Below are positions 10,089 to 22,082 of a DNA stretch of 64,000 bases, piece after piece (position 1 is the stretch's first letter; the number at the start of each line of letters is the position of its first letter). A program made the position numbers and the translations under genes. This DNA comes from Selaginella moellendorffii. Its lineage: Eukaryota; Plantae; Lycopodiophyta. The stretch spans positions 3,482,405-3,546,404 of the forward strand of contig NW_003314262.1 in assembly GCF_000143415.4 (NCBI RefSeq), given 5' to 3'. Below the pieces are notes generated by a model. That model saw only the letters and a program-made list of their open reading frames with translations, ran no database searches and had not been told where the DNA came from.

Positions 10089-12842
10089 TCAGGCACGCCT
10101 GGCTTTGTCCGGCTCATCGCTCTGCAACCACTTCAGGAATTTGAGTGTCACGCTCTTCGTCATCGACGCTCCATAGCGCATGATGAAGCAGAAGTCGATG
10201 GCCATATCCGCCACGGTCTTCCACTTCTCCTCCTCCTTCGTCATCGTCGGGTAGAACGCCGTGGGAAGGAAGCCTGCCGTGAGCGTCTCCAAGCTCTCGA
10301 GGTTCGTCGCGGTAGCGTGCATGAAATCGTTGCAGAACTCGTCAGCGACTTTCGGGTGGGCGGAATCCTGGTAGAGGAAGTAGAGGAGGTACGCTGGAGC
10401 GAAGGATATGCGTAGGACCGTCTTGTTCAGCTTGCTGTTGGTCATGTGCTTGAGGATCTCCTCCGAGTCTATCGCGACCTGGACGAGCTCTTGCTCCACC
10501 ATGAACTGCCGCCTGTTCTTCGGGTTCACTTCGGTGACTCTCCTGTACTCCCTGAGATGCTTGAGGTAGCGAAGGCACAGGCTCTCGTAGGGACCGCCGC
10601 ATCGCCGGTAGAGCATCTCGGTCGTGCAGCGCCAGCACCGGCACCAGTTGAGAAACTCTTGGCGGAGGGCCACGGGGAGCATCTCAAGTGAAGGAGCATA
10701 GGAGTACGTGAGCTCCTCTCCCTTGGGGATTTTCGCATTAGCCCGGAAGATCTTGGCGGGTCCAACTTGCACCACGCATAAGTTCCCCCGGCAGCTGTGT
10801 GCGATGAATCCCGGCAGCGTCCACACGCCCCCCAGGAAGCCCAGCTTGAAGTTGTGCTCGAGTATCTGCCTGATCTTGTCCGTCTCCACGTTACGCTTCT
10901 TTGTCCAGTCAATGTCGGAGTTTGGCTTGAAGACTTGCATTGGTGGGATCCTGGCGTTATCCTCGTCGAAAATCTGGCTCCAAAGGTAATGGAGCTGCAA
11001 CCAACTTCTTCGAGAGGTCAGGGCGGCTCGCAAGAGCTTGACGTAGACGTCGACGGCGGCATGCTCGGCGTACATGTCACGGACGTAGCCCAGTGCATTG
11101 CTCAGAAGGACGATTTTCCCAGGCTTGATGTCCTCGGTGGCGAACAGGCCGATGCCACCTTCTTCGCGGGGAGCAAGCTCCACTGGGCCGACAAAGTCTA
11201 GGAAAGGTGGAGCATCGTCGCTCTTGCAGCCTCGGCTCAGGTAGCGGTGGAGGTCGTCGGAGATGTCGCGTTCTTCGCTCTTGTCCATGAGCTTGATGAG
11301 GTGAGCCCGTTGATCGTTATACGCCTCACCGTTGCTGCAGCGCGAGAGAGCTAGCTTGTAAGCCTGCACTGCGTCTTTGTACTGGAGCATTCCGTGGAGA
11401 GCTCGCCCCTTCCTCGTCAGCAACTTCACCAAGGTGGGGACGTTCTCCGTGGCATCCGCGAGCGCCAGAGCCTTCTCCGCGTTCTGAAGGGCAAGGAAGA
11501 AGTTCTCGAGCTCAAGGTAGCACTCGGCAGCGTTTGCGAGAGCCAGAAGCTTGTCCCTCTCGTTGTCAGCCTTCGAAATGCTCAGGTTGTAGAGCTCCAC
11601 AGCCGCCAGGCATTCCTTCCTGAGAAAGTGCTCGTTACCCAAGCTGCGAAGCTCGCTTGATGTTCTCTGGCAGAGTTCCATGGTCGTCGGGAAGCAGGAC
11701 GTGATCTCTACGCTTCCTGAGCACCAAAAGTCATGACACAAATGATAAAACCAACTTTACCTGGATTATCAACAACGCAGCGTCCCTCCAGCCGAAAGTG
11801 CTTTTTCACGGTTACCGATGCTCCCTTGGGATATAGTGCGTCCAGTTCCTCCAGGGAAGAGTCGCTTCGAGCTACAAACAGGAGACGAACTTCGATCGGC
11901 CCGGATAGATAGAGGATGAAATCGTTGCTTCCGCCCAATTTGAATCCCTCGATAGTCCCACTCAGCGCCGATGTAGAGAGTTGCTCCTTTCGCAGGCGGT
12001 TCATGTCTTCAAGCTTAAAAGCTATCGCCCTTGGGGCCCTCGTGATCAAGCTATGGAGTCGTTGCCGTTTTTGAGCCTCTGGTGAGATGCCGGGATACAA
12101 GTCCTGCGCACAATGGGAAGAAGTTGAGCTTTAAACAGTCTTTAGTAAACTCACCTCCTTGAGCTCCGGAAGGCTCTCCCAGGATGCAGGCGCACTACCA
12201 CTGGTCGAGGCGTCCTTCCAGAAGCAAAGCACAGCAATAAAAATAGTGACACGCTTGGACTGGTTGTATGTTGTTACCTCGTTCTTTCCTCGCAGTTCTT
12301 TCCAGCGATCGTCCGAGAACAAGCGCGCAATGATCTAACAACAAGCCAGCGTGGTCAGATGAGAATAAAAGCTTTAAACTAGTAGAGTCGATTTGTACCT
12401 CATCGTCGGGAAGGTTGGAGAGCTCAATCCCCATGTTTTTGCGAATTGTTGGGGGACCCTAAGTTCACAAACAAACTGCTGCTTAGAAGCCCCGTAGAAG
12501 AAGTCTGAAGTACCTCGCTTAGAATCTCGGATGCCGAGACAAAGAAATTTCTCATCCGGAGGCTTGGCTGCGACACAAGAATCTGAGAGAGAAATGTGAG
12601 GAAACCGAGAAAATACCCTGTCGTCGAGCATCATTTGCATCATCAAGCCGCCAAGCTCCGATGCCGACGCCCGGGATGAAGATTCGCCCTTGGAAATCAA
12701 AGCTCCATCAGGGAATCACGCGACAAGCCTGTGCGGAATCGAAATATACCGCAATCGATCGATCCGCCTCCGAAATATCGCCGCCAGAGGCACTAGACGC
12801 TGCCGGATCCGGCACAGAAGCATTCCTGGAGCGCCTAGACAT
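10089..12842 (-). CDS. TPR + SET-domain protein (SDG35/ATXR1-like), copy 1; several short 5' exons and a long last exon
   Basis: TPRs (ELRSLGNEHF..AVELYNLSI..NAAECYLEL..A), SET motif I GIGLFATEDI, FIAHSC, GEELTYSY and post-SET CRCWRC. The 5' exon structure is inferred from conservation between copies. Confidence 0.85.
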
Positions 12843-13619
12843 CGTATCTGCAAGCACAGGATCTCGCGAGGACGAAGAGGGGAGGACGCCGGGTTACCTC
12901 TTCTTGCTCGCGTTTTGCCTAAAGCCCTAAACCCAAACACCCGGGCACAAAAAATTTAAGCGCAGCCGTCCGATGCATGTGATATGGAAACTTCAATCAC
13001 AACCGCCCGATATTCCCGCCTTCTTGTGAGAATCAAAACCAAGCGTTGGATCACGAATGCTCGTCCTAAAAATTGGGAAAACTTATAACAGATAATCCTT
13101 ATGTACCAGCACGCGGATATAATCAAAATAACGAGTTTTAGCAGCTTCGAAAAACTTTCTCCTGTACCTGTAAGAACCAAGAGCTTTTAAAAACGTCGAT
13201 AGCTCGAAACACAACTCTTACCCATAGTCTGTGTCCCAAACCTCGTCGGCTAAACGAGAATGGGATCTAGACCATGTTCAAGGTTTTGAAACAAAAACCA
13301 AGCGTACCAGCACAAACGATTGGTCCTTCTCGAAGTTGCTAAACTTCGTAAGAACCAAAGGCTTAGCGACCTCTTACCATTAGTAGCCTACAAGCCTCTG
13401 AGAGGCAGAACGAGAAAAAGACCTCAAACTCACCTCTGTTCTAATGGAAATGAAACTTACCATCACGACGTTAAGCTCTTTGTTTAAAACTTTAGCAGGT
13501 CCTTCAGCCTTAGCTCGTCGTTCAAAACTTTTCATGAAGACTATCGTCCTGTGCCTGCGAGAAACGGAGCTTTTAGAAGCATCGATCGCATCAAACTAAA
13601 CTAAAGAGCTCACCATCAG

Positions 13620-14143
13620 TGTCATCTTTTCAGGTGATGCCAGCCACAAGCGCGGGCATTTTTCGTTCCAGATACCTGAAAACAAAACTCTGCTTGTCGG
13701 AAAACAAACTTGGCATCATCTGCTTTAGCCGAAGGAAAGAAGCATCTTATAGACTTGCTTTTGCGCTGTGCTATAGTACCTCTAGCGGTTTCTCAAGGGA
13801 AATCCACGGAAAGGTCAGTGAGGTATTGGACGAATTGCAAGTTTAACTTCCGAAGCTTGTGCATTGCAAGAATGTCTTACCTGGAGTATCATCCTCTGTC
13901 AGTAACTATATCGTTGAGAAGACAAAGTTACCTGGATTTTCAATGGCTTTCTTACGGCTGTATGCGTCTTTGGGTAGAGAAGCAAAAAATTGGTAAGACA
14001 ACGTATTCCGCCCCAATAGATCGGACGCATGTCATGAATTCGCCCGCCGATCTTCGCCTTGGAATGCGGTTTGTGTCGAAATGCTGAAGTAGACGATCAC
14101 ATACCTCGGAGGAAACGAAATCTCGAGATCTTCGCGGCTGCAT
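13620..14143 (-). other. Possible small multi-exon orphan gene or pseudogene fragment
   Basis: ATG at 14143 downstream of a telo-box, with several GT-AG-bounded micro-exons. Parts recur degenerately at about 25000-25300. No recognisable domain. Confidence 0.25.
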
Positions 14144-15249
14144 CGTTGTCGAAATTGGGAAACCCTAAGACCAATTCAAAATTTTAAAGAAATCAGTTTT
14201 ATAAGTGTAAATATATAATTTTATGGTGATATTGCCTCAGTTCTGAACATTGATTAATTTTTACTCTTATTTTTAATTTGGTGTTCAATTGAGTATTTTT
14301 TATCCTTCTCAAAATGATTTGAATTTTAACTTGTTTTTTCAATGTCTAATCTTGAATATTCCTTTGTTCTAAGCCAATTTTGTCAAAGAGTGTATTTCTC
14401 CAATTGTGAGTGTTGTTAAGAGCTTTTAATTTATTGTTACGACTTCTTTCTTTCTTTATTAAGTATAAAATTTTCCTCAAGCATGGTGAATCTCTTATTT
14501 CTTTAGTTTTATATAAAAATATTTTATAATTGGATTTTTTTAAACAAAGCCTTTTATAATAAAAGATTGTTATTGAAGCCATGAACAGACTTCCTTTTAT
14601 ATCTTTATTTTAGCCTTCTAAACTGCTACTAAAATTACTTTTTTAAAGTGTTTTTCTATTCATTTTTTTCTTTCACATCCTTTCTTTTTTATTTTTTCTT
14701 GCTTACTTTCTTTTTTGCCTTGATGCTTCAAACTGATTTTTCTTCGAAATAAAAAGTCCAACCTTGATGATAAAGAACAAGTGATATTAGTATTAAAATG
14801 AAAATTAGTGTAACAAATCTAAATGGAATGGCCTTAAGTGAATATATTAACAAAATAAGGCTAAATATATATAGGTGAACAATGAAGCTAATGCTCAAAA
14901 ACATTTTTTTTTTAAAGAAAGGATGAAAAAGATATGCAAAACGAACATTGCAAACTTGAACAAAGACAATAATTGTGAGTCCAAGTTAGGTTTAGGTTTT
15001 GTTGATGAAGGTAATTCCTAGTGGTTTGTGAATTTGGGATGGTTTAAATATTTAACAAATACACATTAGATTTTAGTTTGTTAATAAAATTCTTTGGTAT
15101 TATACTATAACTTTGGGTTTTATTTCTGTTATAATTGTCAATACTAGATTTGATAGGTTAATAATCCTAACTCAAATTCTTACTGGAATGACCGTTATAG
15201 AAGCTTTAGATATACCACTAAAGCTTGAAGCTTTGTAATCCTCTGGAGG

Positions 15250-15252
<3 letters not shown>

Positions 15253-15341
<89 letters not shown>
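15253..15341. repeat. (TA)n microsatellite
   Basis: Direct inspection. Confidence 0.98.
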
Positions 15342-15344
<3 letters not shown>

Positions 15345-15519
15345 ATTCACCTAAGTCTTTAAATTTTATTTAAATACAAACTCTTTAATCTACTTTAACA
15401 AATCTGAAAGGTGATTGAGATATAAAAAGTATTAAATTACTCAAATCATGAGAACAAAAATTTCAACATCTTTTCAATTCGCATCAGTGTTGTACTATTT
15501 TGTGGATGGTATCGTCTGT

Positions 15520-16060
15520 CCGGCTAGGCAAACATACCTTTAAAATATCTACGTAACATTGATCTTGTTACCTTGTGATGGCTTCCAATGGGTAGCAAAT
15601 CACGCAGAGGGACAGATAGCACTATCCAAAATGCCAAAATACATGCAGTTTGCCACTGGCCTCAGTAGATTTGAAGTACAACTGGAAATAAAAATTCGAG
15701 TGCGTTATGTGAATCCGCCAATCCAAACAGTTGATGCTATAATTATGGTGAAAGCGCTTGTCCAGTTCCTTTAGCGGTTTGCATCTTTGCCTGTTAATCC
15801 AAATAGAGAGAAAAAAACGAACAGAAAGAGAGAAATAACCTGTCAACATTCCGGACTCTTGGACAGCGAGGAAAACATCCAGATCATAAAAAACGCATAG
15901 ATGATCGCAACTGGAAGGAAAACTTCTCCTTGTTGGAAAAATGGACATTCTCCGCCAGCTCCAAAGGCTCGATCGCAACGAAATACGCTCCACATCACAG
16001 CAAGACCTTGCTCGTGATCCCACCCAACGTCAGCTTCACCACCCCGAAACGAGAAACCGA
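15520..16060 (-). pseudogene. TMEM87/GOST 3' fragment
   Basis: Nucleotide and peptide similarity to 51850-52470 (FLPVAIIYAFFMIWMFSSLSKSPE; YFKSTEA), including introns, with frameshifts. Confidence 0.85.
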
Positions 16061-16434
16061 ATTGTACCACAAAGCCATCTAGCGCAGGCATTTTGCCCTT
16101 CCAGAAACCTGGAAGGAACACTTTCCTTGTCAGGAGAACAAACTTGGCATCATCTGCCTCTGCATCGAAGAATTGATATATATTACCTCAAGTTAAGCTT
16201 GTGCATCGCAAAGTAACGAAGCCGATGGAGAGACTTTATCCTCCGGCTGAGCACTACCATGCTTGGAGCGCCTAGACATCTCTCACAGGATTTCGAAGAG
16301 GAAAGGGACCGATGCCGGGTTACCTCCTCTCTGGGGCATGAAGCCGTCCATTCAAAACGCTGGATTACGCGCGGTATTTTCCTTAGCAAAACAAGAGACA
16401 CTTAATAGAAGAAAGTGAGAATGTAAGACATACC

Positions 16435-19159
16435 TCAGGCACGCCTGGCTTTGTCCGGCTCATCGCTCTGCAACCATTTCAGGAATTTGACCCTCGCGCT
16501 CTTCGAAAGCAGTAGTCGATGCACCAATCCGCCATGGTCCTGAGGTCCTCCTTCTTCTTCGTCATCGTCGGGTGGAACGCCATGGGAAAAAGCCCTGCCG
16601 TGAGCGTCTCCAAGCTCTCGAGGTTCGTCACGGTAGCATTCATGAAATCCATGCAGAACTCGCTATCCTTCGGCATCACGTCGACGGCTTCCTGGCGGGC
16701 GGAATCCTTGTAGAGAAAGTAGAGGAGGTACGCTGAAGCGAAGGACATGCGTAGAACCGTCTTGTTCGTCGTGCTCTTGTTCGTGTGCTTGAGGATCTCC
16801 TCCGAGTCTATTGCCACCTGGACGAGCTCTTGCTCTACCATGAACTGTCGCCTGTTCTTGGGGTTCACTTCGGTGACTCTCCTGTACTCACTCAGATGCT
16901 TTTGGTAGCGAAGGCACAGGCTCTCGTAGGGACCGCCGCATCGCCGGTAGAGCATCTCGATCGTGCACCGCCTGCACCGGCACCAGCTGATAAACTCTTG
17001 GCGGAGGCCCACAGGAAGGATCTCGAAAGAGGGAGCATAAGAGTACGTGAGCTCCTCTCCCTTTTCGATGTCCAAAGTCGCCCGGAAGATCTTCGCGGGT
17101 CCAACTTGCACCACGCATAAGTTTCCCCTGCAGCTGTGTGCGATGAACCCCGGCAGCGTCCACACGCTCCCGACAAAGCCCAGCTTGAAGTTGTGCTCGA
17201 GAATGTGCCTGATCTTGTCCGTCTCCACGGCACGCTTCTTTGTCCAGTCAATGTCGGAGTTTGGCATGAACACTTGCATTGGTGGGATCCCAGCCTTATC
17301 CTCGTCGAAAATCTTCCTCCAAAGGTAATGGAGCTGCAGCGAAGTTCTCGGAGACTTCAGTGCGGCTTGTACGAGCTTGACGTAGACGTCGACGGCGGCA
17401 TGCTCAGTGTACATGTCACGGACGTAGCCCAGTGCGTTGCTCAGAAGGACGATCTTCCCGGCCTCGATGTCCTCGGTGGCGAATAGGCGAATGCCACCAT
17501 CTCTACGGCACCGAAACTTCACTGGCCCGACAAAGTCCAGGAAAGTTGGAGCGTCGTTGCTCTTGCAGCCTCGGCTCAGGTAGCGGTGGAGGTCGTCGGA
17601 GATGTCGCGTTCTTCGCTCTTGTCCATGAGCTTGATGATGCCAGCCCGTTGATCAATGCTGCAGCGAGAGAGAGCTAGCTTGTATGCCTGCATTGCATCT
17701 TTGTATTTGAGCATGCCATGGAGAGCTCGCCCCTTCCTCGTCAGCAACTTCACCGAGGCGGGGACGTTCTCCGTGGCATCCGCGAGCGCCAGAGCCTTCT
17801 CCGCGTTCTGAAGGGCAAGGAAGAAGTTCTCGAGCTCAAGGTAGCACTCCGATGCGTTGCCGAGAGCCAGAAGCTTGTCCGTGTCTTTGTCAGCCTTCGA
17901 AATGCTCAGGCCGTAGAGCTCCACAGCCGCCAGGCACTGCTTCATGTGGAAGTGCTCGTTAGCCAAGCTGCGGAGCTCGCCGGATGTTTTCTGGCGGAGT
18001 TCGTCCATGGTCGTCGGGAAGCAGGATATGATCTCTACGTTTCCTGAGCACCGTTCGAAAGTCATGACACGAATGATAAAACCAACAGTAGATTACTTAC
18101 TAGGATTCTCAACAACGCAGCGCCCCTCCAGCCGAAAGTGCTTTTTCACGGTTACCGATGCTCCCTTGGGATATAGTGCTTCCAGTTCCTCCAGGGAAGA
18201 GTCGCTTCGAGCGACAAAAAGAAGACGAACTTCGATCGGCCCGGGCAGATAGAGGATGAAATCGTTGCTTCCGCCCAATTTGGATCCCTCGATAGTCCCA
18301 CTCAGCGCCGATAGAGAGAGTTGCTCTTCTCGCGGGCGATTCATGTCGCCAAGCGCAAAAGTTATCAGCCTTGGGGCCCTCGTGATCAAGCTATGGAGAC
18401 GTTGTCGTTTTTGAGCCTCTGGTAGACAGATGTCAGGAAACAAGTCCTGCGCACAAAAGAAGTTGAATCGAGCTTTAAACAGTCTCCTGTAAACTCACCT
18501 CCTGGAGCTCCGGAAGGCTCTCCCAGGATGCAGGCTTCCAGAAGCAAAACACAGCAATAACACAGTGAAAAATTTGGTCACACTTGGTTGTAAGTTACCT
18601 TGTTCTTTTCTTGCACTTCTTTCCAGCGATCGTCCGAGAACAAGGCCTTAATGATCTAACAATAATTCACACCAAAGCCAGCGTGATCAGACTAAAGAAT
18701 AAAAGCTTTAATACTAGAGTCTTGTACCTCATTGTCTGGAAGTTTGGAGAGATCAATCCCCATGTTTTTGCGAAGTGTTTGCACACCCTAGGTGTATGCT
18801 TAGAAGAAGTTTGAAGCATTCAGAAAGTACCTCGCGTAGAATCTCGGATGCCAAGACAAAGATATTTGTCATCCGGAGCTGGCTTGGCGAAGGAACAAAC
18901 AAACAAGAATTTGAGAGAGAAATGTGAGGAAACCGAGAAAATACCCTGTCATCGACCCCCATCTGCATCATCGAGTCGCTACGCCGCGATGCCGACGCCC
19001 GGGATGAAGATGGGCCCTTGGAAATCAAAGCTCCATCAAGGAATCACGCCACAAGCATGTGCCGAATCGAAATATACCGCAATCGATCGATCAGCCTCCG
19101 CTGGGGGCACTCGACGCTGTCGGATCCGGCACAGAAGAATTCCTGGAGCGCCTAGACAT
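16435..19159 (-). pseudogene. TPR + SET gene copy 2; 25-bp deletion near the 3' end shifts frame (stop at 16479)
   Basis: 528-aa ORF 16479-18065 is collinear with copies 1 and 3. The original C-terminus KWLQSDEPDKARRA is still present out of frame, ending at 16435. Confidence 0.8.
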
Positions 19160-20099
19160 CGTATCTGCAAGCACAGGATCTCGCGAGGACGAAGAGGGGA
19201 GGACGCCGGATTACCTCTTCTTGCTCGCGTTTGCCCGAAGCCCTAAACCCAAACACCCGGGCACAAAACAATTTAAGCGCAGCCGTCCGATGCAATGTCA
19301 TTTGAAAACGTCCGCCCGATATTCCCGCCTTCTTGTGTGAATAAAAATCAAGCGTTGGATCGGGAATGTCTATTGGAATCCATGGGGATATATGCTTTTG
19401 GATCAAAATCCAGCTTCGAGAACTTACGAAAAGCTTCTGTGAAAACCAAAATATAGCGAGAAATTTTTTATATTTTGGAACAAAACCCAAACGCTAAGCT
19501 TCGTAAGAATCAAGAGCTTTAAAAGCAACCTCTTAGTAGCCTACAAGCCTCTGGAGCCAGAATGAGAATAAGATCTCAAAACTCACATTCGAACTTCTCT
19601 GTTCTAATGGACATGAAACTTCGATGCTATGGTCTTCGTTCAAAACTTTAGCAGGTAATTCAGCTTTAACTCGTCGTTCAAAACTTTTTACGAAGACTAT
19701 CGTCCTGTGCCTGCGAGAAACGAAGGCTTTTAGGAGCGTCGATCGCAAGTGTCGAGCCATGATTACACTTAAATCCAGGGTTTTAATGGTCACTCAACGC
19801 TAAAAGCTTATGTTTAAACTCATATTAAAATTTTTGGATCATAAACTATATTTAAGATATGCGGAAGAACTGGAAAAAAATGGAAAAATTCTCTCAAAGC
19901 CCAAGGGCAAGTCTTAAAAGATGCTTGCGCTGACCAGATGATGCCAAGTTGTCTTTTGTTTTCTCTCCAAGTTTCTAGAAACGGAGAAATGCCTGTGCTT
20001 GCTAAGATGGCTTTGTGGTCCTTGCTAGATTTTTGTCTTTCGGCTCTTCGGGCTCATAGATTATAGGGGCGCCGGGTGTATATTGGCGGAGATGCTCCT

Positions 20100-20475
20100 G
20101 GGTAGCAATCCCTTTGTGGGATACGGGATGGTGAAGTCAACGCTGGATGTGCTGTGCGGTGGGCATATTTTATTAGATCAAGACTTTGGAACTGGTCCAA
20201 CTCCATAGTTTTCCCAACAAGGAGAAGTTACTTTTGGTACTTTGAGTTCCACGATGCCTATTTCATACTCTGGATTTTTTCCTTGCTGTCCAAGTCTCTG
20301 GAAAGCTTGCAAGTTCATTCTCTATTCCCTGGGACTTACAAGAAAGCCTCTGTACAAGAATTTTGCCAATGCTCTAAGCAATCATAGCATGAATAGTTTG
20401 TATAATTGGTCACGAGGTATGGCACATAAGGACTGATTCCAAATTGTTCTACTTAAATCGACAGAGGCCTACAGC
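20100..20475 (+). pseudogene. TMEM87/GOST fragment
   Basis: GYGMVKSTL.., DAYFILWIFSLLSKSLESLQ and TTCTACTTAAATCGACAGAGGCCTACA match the intact gene at 52 kb. Confidence 0.8.
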
Positions 20476-20628
20476 ATGAGTGAAGATTTGCTTAACATGA
20501 TGAGGGATTTTTTAGGGTTATAAATATTTTCTTTCTCTCTAAAGTTAACATAAAAGAAATCGTTATAAATAAAAAACAAAAAGTAAGAAAAAGCTAACAT
20601 TAAAATAATTTTTTTGGGAGAAGTAAAC

Positions 20629-21495
20629 ATGGCCTTTTTAAAGTTCTATTTCTTAATTCTTTGCATTATCTTATTAATTAAACTAGATTTTGTTATTGCA
20701 CCTAAAAAATATACACCTAAACTTGGAAGAATAGGAATTTTAACATACCAAGATATTACTAAAATAATTGCAGGTGTTAATAGCTTATTATATAAAATTC
20801 AACATAATTATGATTATCCTGTAACATTTTCTGATGAAGATAGAATACTAACATCTCAAGGATATGTTGATTTAATAATTAAAGTTAAAGATCAATGTTC
20901 ACTAAAGGATAAATCTACAGAAATTGTAGGAAATAATATTATACGTGGAATTGATCGAATTTTACAGTTTAGTAGAGATATTTTATATGAATCACTCTCA
21001 GATTATTTTGAAAAAGAAAGTGAAAATTATCTTATAAGATATAAACTAGATGGTACATCACATGAATTAATATATCAAATTCAAAATATTGGTTTTGATA
21101 GTATAAATGCTTGTTATCTTAGCATAAGTACTTTATTTTCCGATTCAACTTTACATATTAATAATTTTTTAGTTTCTCAGAATGGTAACAATGTTTTAGT
21201 GTTGGAATATAGTTGTAAGTTAGTTTTATATTCATTAAAACAAAAACTTTGGGAATCAGAAACTACATCAAAAGGTTATGATAATTGTTTCCTAATGTTA
21301 CAATATGATGGTAATTTAGTTATTTATTCTAATAAAAAACCTTTATGGGCTACAAATAAATATTGTAGGAATTGTATATTATCAGCATTATTTACTGTTC
21401 AAAATGACTGTAATTTAGTAGTTTATTCATCAAAATTTCCTAATACTATCTTGTGGGCATCAGGTACATTCAACCATAAACTATGTTCATTTTAA
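20629..21495 (+). CDS. Secreted protein: signal peptide + barnase/RNase Sa-like domain + bulb-type (GNA) mannose-binding lectin, copy A
   Basis: Intronless AT-rich ORF with a hydrophobic N-terminus. Lectin motifs QYDGNLVIY and QNDCNLVVY are clear (high confidence). RGIDRILQFSRDILYESLSDYF resembles barnase RNSDRILYSSDWLIYKTTDHY (moderate confidence). Confidence 0.8.
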   Translation: MAFLKFYFLILCIILLIKLDFVIAPKKYTPKLGRIGILTYQDITKIIAGVNSLLYKIQHNYDYPVTFSDEDRILTSQGYVDLIIKVKDQCSLKDKSTEIVGNNIIRGIDRILQFSRDILYESLSDYFEKESENYLIRYKLDGTSHELIYQIQNIGFDSINACYLSISTLFSDSTLHINNFLVSQNGNNVLVLEYSCKLVLYSLKQKLWESETTSKGYDNCFLMLQYDGNLVIYSNKKPLWATNKYCRNCILSALFTVQNDCNLVVYSSKFPNTILWASGTFNHKLCSF

Positions 21496-22082
21496 TTTAA
21501 AAATTATATAAAGTATAAAAGAATATACAAAGCTAAATCTTTAATATTAAAGTTTTAATTTTTTTAAATTACTATTTTGTTGAAAGAATTGCTGATATGC
21601 ATCATCATATGGTAATAAAGTTTCTTATTCACAATAATGACTTAAGTTATACTTACAAAATGTATATAAGTGATGATTTCCTTTTTGAAAGGTTTTTGAA
21701 ACTCACTAATACCACCTAAAACGTTTATCCTCAAATTACATTGTAATACTGCTTCTTGAAATGAGTAATAAAGTTTATATAATATCCATAATAAATTACT
21801 TATGATTTTTTTTGCAAATATTTTTTAATGAAAAACTTTAGTACTTAAAATAAATTTCTTTTTCTACATGAGATTATAGATTCAGTTTGGTGTAATGACG
21901 GACAGTTTAGCTGAATAACCTCTAGTTAAGCTAATCGGAACGCGGGAATATCAATGCCATGCATCGGACGGCTGCGCTTAAACTTTTTGTGCCCGGGTGT
22001 TTGGGTTTAGGGCTTTAGGCGAAGAGAAGGTAATGCGGCGTCGCCCTCTTCGTCCTCGCGAGATCCTGTGCTTGCAGATACG

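Noticed and set aside
14160-15250. AT-rich tract downstream of a TMEM87 fragment as a possible third RNase-lectin copy
   Set aside because: I found no QxDxNxVxY or RGIDR remnants in the frames I could read.
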